A stretch of DNA of 64,000 nucleotides from Bacteroidales bacterium (lineage in GTDB: Bacteria > Bacteroidota > Bacteroidia > Bacteroidales > UBA10428): assembly GCA_016934395.1 (NCBI GenBank), contig JAFGSZ010000017.1:54345-118344 (forward strand), read 5' to 3'. The position numbers and the translations under genes are program-made. This document shows positions 50,922-59,249 of this stretch, piece by piece (positions within the stretch are counted from its first letter, which is position 1; every line of letters begins with the position of its first letter). The notes beneath the pieces were generated by a model. The model was not told the DNA's origin. It worked only from the letters and a program-made list of their open reading frames with translations, and ran no database searches.

Positions 50922-53882
50922 ATGAAATCCATTTCTTTTATAACCTCAAATGCAAAAAGTAATTTTAGATATCTGAAATTAAACCGATTATCAGATTTAT
51001 TTAAGTTAATGGTTCTGATGGTGATTATTGTAACCTGCGGAAGTCCTGTTTTTGCTGTAGGCAATCCATCATATATAAGTATTACAAAAAGCGATGGGTA
51101 TTTCCCACTGGTAACGGAAGGACAGGCAGCCACAATATTTGCAAGTAACGGGGACTACCCGGGAGTAGTTCGGGTAGTGAAAGAATTGCAAAAAGATTTA
51201 ACTTCGGTAACTGGAAATTCCCCGGCATTATTTTTTGATGAGAAACCTAAGACAGAAAATGTTATAATAATAGGAACACTGGGTAAGAATCCGTTAATTG
51301 ATAAGTTGTTTAAGAAAAAGAAACTCAATGTTTCCGAGGTAGAAGGAAAATGGGAAACTTTTCTGATTCAGACAATTGAAAATCCCATGCCAGGTGTAAA
51401 AATGGCCCTTGTTATTGTCGGAAGCGACAAAAGGGGAACTATATATGGAATATACGATTTATGTGAGCAAATTGGGGTTTCACCCTGGAACTGGTGGGCT
51501 GATGTTCCGGTTAAAAAACAGAATAATCTGTATATACTTCCCGGAAAACACAGTTTAGGAGAACCGGCTGTAAAGTACCGGGGCATTTTTATTAATGATG
51601 AAGCTCCTGCTTTATCTGGCTGGACTGCTGAAAAATTCGGGGGATTTAATCATTTATTTTATGAAAAAGTTTTTGATCTTATCCTGCGCCTAAAAGGGAA
51701 TTACCTGTGGCCGGCAATGTGGGGTAGTGCATTTTACGACGATGATACATTAAACCCGGTAAGGGCAGATGAATACGGAATAGTAATCGGGACTTCACAC
51801 CATGAACCGCTGATGCGTGCCCATGCTGAATGGCGTAAATACGGTTCAGGGCCCTGGAACTACGAAAAAAATAAAGAAAAACTGCAGGAATTCTGGAGGA
51901 TCGGAATCGAAAGAATGGGTACCAATGAAAGTCTAGTAACCGTTGGCATGCGAGGCGATGGTGACGAACCCATGACAGAAGGAACTGCAATATCACTGTT
52001 AGAAAATATTGTTAAAGACCAGCGTGAAATAATCGAAGAAGCAACAGGTAAAAAAAATGAAGATGTTCCGCAAGTATGGGCCTTGTATAAGGAGGTGCAG
52101 GATTATTACGATAAAGGCATGCGTGTTCCGGAGGATGTGACCCTGTTATGGTGTGACGATAACTGGGGAAATGTTCGAAGGCTTCCAAAAAAAGATGATC
52201 CTCCCCGTTCCGGAGGTTATGGCATGTATTATCATTATGATTTTGTTGGCGGACCAAGAAATTACAAATGGCTAAACACTACACAAATAGAACGGGTTTG
52301 GGAACAGATGAACTTAAGTTATCAATATGGTGTAGACCGTATATGGATTGTTAATGTGGGTGATATTAAACCCATGGAATTGCCCATAAGTTTCTTCCTT
52401 GATTTTGCATGGGCCCCGGAAAAATGGCCTGCAGAAAGGCTGCCTGAATATTATAATTTATGGGCCGAACAACAGTTTGGGAAACAATTCAGTGAAAAAA
52501 TTGCTCATATTCTGGCCATGTACACCAAGTATAATTCCAGGCGTAAACCGGAAATGCTGGCCCCCGATACTTACAGCTTAATTAATTACAGAGAAGCCGA
52601 GACAGTGGTAAACGATTATAATAACCTTGCCCGGGAGGCTGAAACTATTTTTAATGAATTGCCTGATGAATATAAAGATGCCTACTATCAGCTGGTACTT
52701 TTTCCTGTAAAAGCCTGTGCCAACCTAAACGAACTTTATGTTACAACAGCTAAAAACTATCTGTATGCCAAGCAGCAGCGGGCATCAACTAATCTGATGG
52801 CCCAAAAAGTAAAGGATCTTTATGAGAAGGATGCCGAATTAACGGAATATTACCATAAAAATATGTCTGATGGTAAGTGGAACCATATGATGTCTCAGAT
52901 TCATATAGGATATACTTATTGGCAACAACCGCAAAAGAGTAAAATGCCTGATGTTAAAGAAATAATAATTTCTGATAAACCGGCAATGGGAATCGCAATT
53001 GAAGGATCGGAAAAATGGTGGCCAAATGATACGGGAGAAGCAGTGTTACCCGCATTTGATCCATTTGGTACAGACCATTATATTGATATTTTTAATCAGG
53101 GAAAAAATTCATTTACCTATACTCTACAGACTAATGCCAACTGGTTAAAAGTATCTGCTGATAGTGCTGAAATAGATAAACAAAAAAGATTGTGGGTTTC
53201 TGCAGACTGGTCCAAAGTACCTGAAGGGGATTCTAAAGTTTCAATAACAATAACAGGATCTGAAGGCACTAAAGTTATTGTTTATGCCAATGTTTTCAAT
53301 TTTTTATCCCGGATACCTGAAAACTTTGAAGGGTTTATTGAAAGTAACGGGGTAATATCCACTGAGGCAGTACATTATTCAAAGAAAGTAAACTCAAATG
53401 ATGCCCATTGGGAGCAGATACCGAATCTTGGACGCACCCTTTCTGCCATGACCCTTTTCCCGGTTAATGCGAAAAGTCAGTTGCCAGAAGAAAATGGACC
53501 GCATTTAGAATACAATATGTTTGTAACTAACCCGGGGTCGGTAAAGGTAAATGTTTATTTATCCCCTACTCAGAATTTTCATGATACCCAGGGGCTCAGG
53601 TATGCTGTTTCATTCGATGATGAAACTCCTGTATTGGTAAATATCCATGAGTATGATACTATCCCTGATTGGAAATATCCCGAGGAATGGAATATTGCAG
53701 TTGGTGAAAATATTAAAATTAAATCATCGGAACATACCCTTTCATCAGCAGGCGTGCACACATTAAAATTCCGGATGGTAGATCCGGGTTTTGTATTACA
53801 GAAAATAGTAGTTGAAACCGGTGAACCAAAATATTCTTATCTCGGACCTCCTGAGAGTTATTATTTAAAAAGGAAAAATTAA
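50922..53882 (+). CDS. GH115 xylan alpha-glucuronidase
   Basis: About 986 aa. Segments typical of GH115 include GVVRVVKELQKDLTSVTG, VGSDKRGTIYGIYDLCEQIGVSPWNWWADVP and RGIFINDE. The start is ambiguous between 50889 and 50922. Confidence 0.82.
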   Translation: MKSISFITSNAKSNFRYLKLNRLSDLFKLMVLMVIIVTCGSPVFAVGNPSYISITKSDGYFPLVTEGQAATIFASNGDYPGVVRVVKELQKDLTSVTGNSPALFFDEKPKTENVIIIGTLGKNPLIDKLFKKKKLNVSEVEGKWETFLIQTIENPMPGVKMALVIVGSDKRGTIYGIYDLCEQIGVSPWNWWADVPVKKQNNLYILPGKHSLGEPAVKYRGIFINDEAPALSGWTAEKFGGFNHLFYEKVFDLILRLKGNYLWPAMWGSAFYDDDTLNPVRADEYGIVIGTSHHEPLMRAHAEWRKYGSGPWNYEKNKEKLQEFWRIGIERMGTNESLVTVGMRGDGDEPMTEGTAISLLENIVKDQREIIEEATGKKNEDVPQVWALYKEVQDYYDKGMRVPEDVTLLWCDDNWGNVRRLPKKDDPPRSGGYGMYYHYDFVGGPRNYKWLNTTQIERVWEQMNLSYQYGVDRIWIVNVGDIKPMELPISFFLDFAWAPEKWPAERLPEYYNLWAEQQFGKQFSEKIAHILAMYTKYNSRRKPEMLAPDTYSLINYREAETVVNDYNNLAREAETIFNELPDEYKDAYYQLVLFPVKACANLNELYVTTAKNYLYAKQQRASTNLMAQKVKDLYEKDAELTEYYHKNMSDGKWNHMMSQIHIGYTYWQQPQKSKMPDVKEIIISDKPAMGIAIEGSEKWWPNDTGEAVLPAFDPFGTDHYIDIFNQGKNSFTYTLQTNANWLKVSADSAEIDKQKRLWVSADWSKVPEGDSKVSITITGSEGTKVIVYANVFNFLSRIPENFEGFIESNGVISTEAVHYSKKVNSNDAHWEQIPNLGRTLSAMTLFPVNAKSQLPEENGPHLEYNMFVTNPGSVKVNVYLSPTQNFHDTQGLRYAVSFDDETPVLVNIHEYDTIPDWKYPEEWNIAVGENIKIKSSEHTLSSAGVHTLKFRMVDPGFVLQKIVVETGEPKYSYLGPPESYYLKRKN

Positions 53883-53985
53883 AAGGGTCATATAAATTAA
53901 TGCCATACTGTTACTATAAATTAATTATTATTAATCGTATGGCTATTTATAACCTTTTTTTTAACTACATAAAAACCATGTTAAA

Positions 53986-55224
53986 ATGATTAAAATTTTA
54001 GTATCTTTTATTCTTGGCAGTATACTATTATCATGCAATACTGGCCAGCCGATTGCAACGCTGGAAGTGGAATTGCCGGATTCAACCATGGGAATTGATG
54101 TTCCTGCAAGTATTAATTTAGATAACATAACCACTTATACAGGTGATTTATCATTATTTGAAGTAACTAACGGCCAATCCATTGAGGTTCCTGTGCAGAT
54201 TTCGAATGGTGAAAAAAGAGTATTGTCATGGCTGGTTACTGGTGATAACTCTATTGATAAACGGAAATATGAGCTTGTAAAGGGTAAATCTGCAGAAGCT
54301 GAAATAGTTCAGGCTACTAAAGAAGACGGTGGATTGGTTATTCATGAAGGAGATAAAAATCTGCTTCGCTACCAGTTTGAAACCATGTATCCGCCCGCGG
54401 GTGTTGATTCAGTTTTTAAAAGAAGTGCATTTATACATCCTCTGTGGGCTCCCCATGGTCAGGAGCTAACCCGCATTCAGGCTCCGGATCACATGCATCA
54501 TTATGGCATCTGGAATCCCTGGACCCATGTACTTTTTGAAAATGATACTATTGATTTCTGGAACCTGATGAGAGGCGAAGGAACTGTTCGATTTGCTGAA
54601 TTTCAATCAATACTCGAAGGACCTGTTTTTGCAGAATATAAATCACTGCACGAACATGTAGTTCTGAAAAACGGACAAGATAAAGTAGCGCTCAATGAAG
54701 TACAAAAAGTAAGGGTTTATAAACCGGAAAAAAACCCTGAATTGTTCATTGTTGATATCACCTTTACATATAATTGCGCTACAGATAGTCCGTTTAAAAT
54801 GCTGGAATACCGTTATGAAGGTTTGGGTTGGCGGACAACCGAATTTTGGAATAACCAGAACAGTGAAGTGTTATCATCAGAAGGCAAAACCAGAATTGAT
54901 GTTGATGGTACAAAAGCCCGCTGGTGCATTGTTCAGGGTGAAGTAGAAGACAACGATTATGCAGGTGCGGTTATGATGTCATATCCATCGAATTATAATT
55001 ATCCGGAACCTTTACGCATATGGCCTATAGACCAGTACGGTCGTGGAGATATGTTTGCCAGCTTTTCGACAACAAAAGATACCGACTGGCTGCTTGAACC
55101 GGGTAAAGAATATGTATTAAAATACAGGTTTCTTGTTTTTAACGGACATATGGATGCAGAAAAAGCAGAAAGCGCCTGGAAATATTTTGCCGAATCACCA
55201 AATGTTAACGTTTTAAAAAATTAA
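53986..55224 (+). CDS. PmoA-family (DUF6807) lipoprotein of unknown function
   Basis: 412 aa. Lipobox ILLSC. The His-rich segment HPLWAPHGQELTRIQAPDHMHHYGIWNPWTHV is characteristic of the family misnamed methane oxygenase PmoA. Confidence 0.6.
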   Translation: MIKILVSFILGSILLSCNTGQPIATLEVELPDSTMGIDVPASINLDNITTYTGDLSLFEVTNGQSIEVPVQISNGEKRVLSWLVTGDNSIDKRKYELVKGKSAEAEIVQATKEDGGLVIHEGDKNLLRYQFETMYPPAGVDSVFKRSAFIHPLWAPHGQELTRIQAPDHMHHYGIWNPWTHVLFENDTIDFWNLMRGEGTVRFAEFQSILEGPVFAEYKSLHEHVVLKNGQDKVALNEVQKVRVYKPEKNPELFIVDITFTYNCATDSPFKMLEYRYEGLGWRTTEFWNNQNSEVLSSEGKTRIDVDGTKARWCIVQGEVEDNDYAGAVMMSYPSNYNYPEPLRIWPIDQYGRGDMFASFSTTKDTDWLLEPGKEYVLKYRFLVFNGHMDAEKAESAWKYFAESPNVNVLKN

Positions 55225-55384
55225 AGCTTATTTAGTTAACGCCCAAAAATGTTAGCATGTAGAATGAAACATTTTTAGGTCGGTAAAAGGTTTTAGGTGT
55301 AAAAAGAAGAGTTACAAATCCTCTCAAGTATATATTTAAAACCTGCTTATTAAATAGCTACAATACAATAATTTAAATAATTTA

Positions 55385-56752
55385 ATGATGAAAAAATACG
55401 GATTTATTTGTGCTGTTATAATGATTTTTTCATGTTCATGTTCAACACAAAAAACAATGAAAGAAGAATCTAAAAAAGTAAAACTGGTAACTGTTGATCC
55501 CGGACATTTTCATGCAGCGCTGGTGCAAAAATCTATGTATAAAAATGTAGATTCTGTGGTTCATGTTTATGCTCCTGAAGGTCCTGATGTGATTCAACAT
55601 CTCGAACGGATTGAATCATATAATACCAGAGAAACAGATCCTACCTCATGGAACGAAAAGGTATATACGGGTCCTGATTTTTTTGAGAAAATGATACAGG
55701 ATAAAGCCGGAAACGTAGTGGTATTATCGGGAAACAACAGAAAAAAATCGGAATATATTCTACGCTCTCTGGAATCGGGTTTTAACGTACTTGCCGATAA
55801 ACCCATGGTGATCAATAAACAAGGGTATGGTATGTTGAAACAGGCATTTCTGGAAGCTGAAAAAAACAATTTATTGTTGTACGATATCATGACAGAACGA
55901 TACGAGATAACAACTATTCTGCAACGTCAGCTATCCCGTATTCCTGAAATTTTCGGAACGCTGGAAAAAGGGAGCCCTGAAAATCCTGCTATTACAAAAG
56001 AAAGTGTGCATCATTTGTTTAAGTATGTATCGGGCAGCATTCTTACCCGACCAGCCTGGTTTCTGGATGTTGAACAACAGGGTGAAGGTATTGTAGATGT
56101 AATGACCCACCTGGTGGACCTGGTGCAGTGGGAATGTTTTCCCAACCAGTTAATCGATACAAACGATATTGAAATTATTGAAGGTAAACGGTGGACTACT
56201 GATCTTACGTTATCGGAATTCAGCGCTATTACAAAAATGGAACAGTATCCTGAATATCTGCTTAAAAATGTAGTAAATGATACATTACTTCAGATTTATT
56301 GCAACGGCGCTATAAATTATAAGTTAAGAGGTATTCACGCTAAAACCTCGGTAACCTGGGCATATAAAGCTCCTGAAGGTGCGGGTGATACCCATTATTC
56401 AATTATGCGCGGATCAAAAGTTAACCTGGTTATCAGGCAGGGTGAAGCGGAAAATTTCAAACCAACACTTTATATTGAACCGGTTAGTGATGATGCATCA
56501 TATGAAAGTAGTTTAATCAAGAATTTTTCCCAGATTCAGAAGATTTATTCCGGTGTTGAATTACAAAAATCAGAAAATGGATGGATGGTTGTTATCCCTG
56601 AAGAATATAAAAAGGGACATGAAGCGCATTTCGGACAGGTTATGGAGAAATTCCTCGAATACCTCGAAAAGGGAAATTTGCCTGAATGGGAAATTCCCAA
56701 TATGATTGCAAAATATTATACTACAACGCTGGCCCTGGAGCTTGCCAAATAA
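55385..56752 (+). CDS. Putative oxidoreductase (Gfo/Idh/MocA-related, oxidoreductase-C-terminal-domain family), lipoprotein
   Basis: 455 aa. Lipobox IFSCSC. The N-terminal VTVDPGHFHAALVQK segment is typical of this uncharacterised oxidoreductase family, which is commonly paired with PmoA-family proteins. Confidence 0.55.
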   Translation: MMKKYGFICAVIMIFSCSCSTQKTMKEESKKVKLVTVDPGHFHAALVQKSMYKNVDSVVHVYAPEGPDVIQHLERIESYNTRETDPTSWNEKVYTGPDFFEKMIQDKAGNVVVLSGNNRKKSEYILRSLESGFNVLADKPMVINKQGYGMLKQAFLEAEKNNLLLYDIMTERYEITTILQRQLSRIPEIFGTLEKGSPENPAITKESVHHLFKYVSGSILTRPAWFLDVEQQGEGIVDVMTHLVDLVQWECFPNQLIDTNDIEIIEGKRWTTDLTLSEFSAITKMEQYPEYLLKNVVNDTLLQIYCNGAINYKLRGIHAKTSVTWAYKAPEGAGDTHYSIMRGSKVNLVIRQGEAENFKPTLYIEPVSDDASYESSLIKNFSQIQKIYSGVELQKSENGWMVVIPEEYKKGHEAHFGQVMEKFLEYLEKGNLPEWEIPNMIAKYYTTTLALELAK

Positions 56753-56760
56753 TTTTATTA

Positions 56761-56797
56761 CCCCGGCAGAGTTTTCATACCCTGTCGGGGTCTTTTT
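56761..56797 (+). terminator. Rho-independent terminator after the oxidoreductase gene
   Basis: 9-bp stem ccccggcag/ctgtcgggg (56761-56769/56782-56790, one G-U pair) followed by TCTTTTT (56791-56797). Confidence 0.65.
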
Positions 56798-58527
56798 CAG
56801 GGCTGCATGTATAAGTCGTCGTTTCCGCTATATTCAAACCATTGGTAAATTACGGAATTATTACTGGCGTTGCCTATGGAAGTAGCATACATGGCATACA
56901 TACATCCTACAAAGCCTCCTGCTATTTTTGTGCTTAAAAACTTTGCATCCACATTGTCTTTAAGTAAATTCCAATCATTACCTGATTCCGAATAATAAAA
57001 TGAATAGGTATTGGTATGGGATTCAATTTTAAGCATCAGTGGTTCCGGATTAATTGTATTTGCTAAATACCGGGATTCCAACAATTCCATCACTTCATTT
57101 TCTTCATCGCCGGGTGCCAGCGAACGGTATAATTGAACTGCCGGTTTATTATCAACTAAAGATTTACATATGTAGTAATAAAAATTTTCGTTCTGGAACA
57201 CCACAAGGCCTGCTTTTTCATTTTCTGTATTCGCATTAAAAATCATAGATACACTGGCATATCCGTTAAAATGCTGCTGACGCCTTGCAATAAATGCCGG
57301 ATTTGCAGAATCTGAACAAGTTACCGGTAAAAGTTGTAATGTCAGATCGCCTTTCTGTTTGGATAGGCTATACCATTGTTTACGGGGGGTTCTTAAATAC
57401 ATCCAGTTCATATCAAGTTCTTCATTTACAAACTCATCTTTGATAGTAAAATTACCACTGTATGGCCATCCGGTTATATGATTTGGTGAATGAATTGGTA
57501 TCGGGTATGTATACTGCACTTCATCAAATTCAGGATTAATCACCGGCCATCCATCTTCCCAACTCACAGGGGCAAGAAAAGTTTCACGCCCCAGATTATA
57601 AAAATCCTGATCTACTGGTCCATAAGGACGACATCCTAGAAATACAGCCCACCAGTCGCCGTTTTGAGTTTGTACCAGATCAGCATGACCTGTTGAAGTG
57701 ATCGGATTTTTCCGGTTCGGATTAAGATGCCGTTGGGTTAAAATGGGATTATTATCATACGGAATATATGGCCCTGTAACATTTTTACTTCTGAAGACTA
57801 CTTCTGAGTGATTGTATGAGGTCCCTCCTTCTGCTGCCATCAAATAGTAATAGCCGTCTTTTTTATAAATGTGCGGTCCTTCAATCCATACAGGCTTTTT
57901 ATTAATATCTGTTCCTCCGTTCACCAATAAATATTCATTGCCGGTAACATTAAGGTTATTCACATCAAATTCATATATCCGAAGCGTCCTGTGTCCGTTA
58001 TATAATTGCAAATTGTCCGGAGCATCGCTGTTATACACAATGTATGCTTTTCCATCGTCATCAAAAAACATGGAGGGATCAATGCCATTGACTTCCGGAA
58101 TCCAAACCGGATTAGACCATGGGCCTGACGGATCTGATGCTGTGACTATAAAATTTCCACCTCCGTCAACTACCGTGCAGGTAACGTAAAATACTCCCTC
58201 ATGATATCGTATCGCCGGGGCAAAAATACCTCGTGAAACCCCAAGATTATCAAGGTCTAGTTGTTCAGGTCTGTTCAGTACGTATCCGATTAGTTGCCAA
58301 TTCGCAAGGTCTTTGCTATGAAAGACCGGGATACCCGGAAAATAGGCAAATGTGGAATTTACCAGATAATAATCTTCATCTACCCTGCAAATGCTGGGAT
58401 CCGGATAAAATCCGGCCAGAATTGGATTGTTAAATTGTTGCACAGGCGATGTACACATGCTAAAAAGCAAAATCAGCAGTAAAAACAGCTGTATTATTTT
58501 AATGTGTTGTAACCATTTTTTTTTCAT
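56797..58527 (-). CDS. GH43 beta-xylosidase/alpha-L-arabinofuranosidase with a C-terminal beta-sandwich domain
   Basis: Signal or lipoprotein peptide (LLFSMCTS). GH43 N-terminal hallmark NPILAGFYPDPSICRV. Five-bladed propeller length plus a concanavalin-like C-domain. ATG at 58527 is preferred. Confidence 0.85.
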   Translation of the reverse strand: MKKKWLQHIKIIQLFLLLILLFSMCTSPVQQFNNPILAGFYPDPSICRVDEDYYLVNSTFAYFPGIPVFHSKDLANWQLIGYVLNRPEQLDLDNLGVSRGIFAPAIRYHEGVFYVTCTVVDGGGNFIVTASDPSGPWSNPVWIPEVNGIDPSMFFDDDGKAYIVYNSDAPDNLQLYNGHRTLRIYEFDVNNLNVTGNEYLLVNGGTDINKKPVWIEGPHIYKKDGYYYLMAAEGGTSYNHSEVVFRSKNVTGPYIPYDNNPILTQRHLNPNRKNPITSTGHADLVQTQNGDWWAVFLGCRPYGPVDQDFYNLGRETFLAPVSWEDGWPVINPEFDEVQYTYPIPIHSPNHITGWPYSGNFTIKDEFVNEELDMNWMYLRTPRKQWYSLSKQKGDLTLQLLPVTCSDSANPAFIARRQQHFNGYASVSMIFNANTENEKAGLVVFQNENFYYYICKSLVDNKPAVQLYRSLAPGDEENEVMELLESRYLANTINPEPLMLKIESHTNTYSFYYSESGNDWNLLKDNVDAKFLSTKIAGGFVGCMYAMYATSIGNASNNSVIYQWFEYSGNDDLYMQP

Positions 58528-58534
58528 TGCAGAT

Positions 58535-59122
58535 TTATTTATATTTTTTAAACTCAATATTAGCAGCTAAATTCAGTGCCAGATTTTTGGCTGTTTCCAG
58601 ACCCCATAAGTCATCACTTGCATGCTCACCGAATATTGTTGCACCAGAATGATGATAATTTGGTCCGTCACCAATTACAGACATATTCATTTGAAGCATA
58701 AAGGTATGAATATTTTGTATAGTATATTCCTGCCCCCCGTTCCTTGAATAAGCACATGCTATTGCACCACCGGTTTTTCCACTCATAGGAATGGTATCAC
58801 CATAATTGGGGCGCATGACCACACAGCGATCCATCATGGTTTTTAATTGTCCGGTTATCATACCAAAATATACCGGGGAACCAATAAGTAAACCATGGCT
58901 CCATTTCATTGCATCCAGAATCTCTTCCATATCATCTTTCTGAAAACAAGTATAGCTTTCACTACATTTCCAGCATCCTATACAAGGTTTAATTTTTTTT
59001 CCCGACAAGGAGATGTATTTTGTTTGATAACCTCTTTCTTTTAAAACTTCTAAGGCATAGTTAACCGTATATGCTGTATTTCCTTTTGAATTGGGACTTC
59101 CTGAGATACCTAAAATATTCAT
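58535..59122 (-). CDS. Iron-sulfur flavoprotein (Isf)-like / NADPH-dependent FMN reductase family protein
   Basis: MNILGISGSPNSKGNT flavodoxin-like start. Compact Cys motif CIGCWKCSESYTC (CX2CX2CX5C). It sits between the GH3-PA14 and GH43 genes on the same strand, with a 7-nt gap to GH43. Confidence 0.7.
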   Translation of the reverse strand: MNILGISGSPNSKGNTAYTVNYALEVLKERGYQTKYISLSGKKIKPCIGCWKCSESYTCFQKDDMEEILDAMKWSHGLLIGSPVYFGMITGQLKTMMDRCVVMRPNYGDTIPMSGKTGGAIACAYSRNGGQEYTIQNIHTFMLQMNMSVIGDGPNYHHSGATIFGEHASDDLWGLETAKNLALNLAANIEFKKYK

Positions 59123-59249
59123 TTGTTTTAATTTTTGAATAAAAAAGGGATGATCCGAAAGAACCATCCCATCCCTGTAATTTATTTGAAATATTCAGAT
59201 ACATATCAACATTATCGTGCAATATATACAATATTTTATCTAATCCGTT

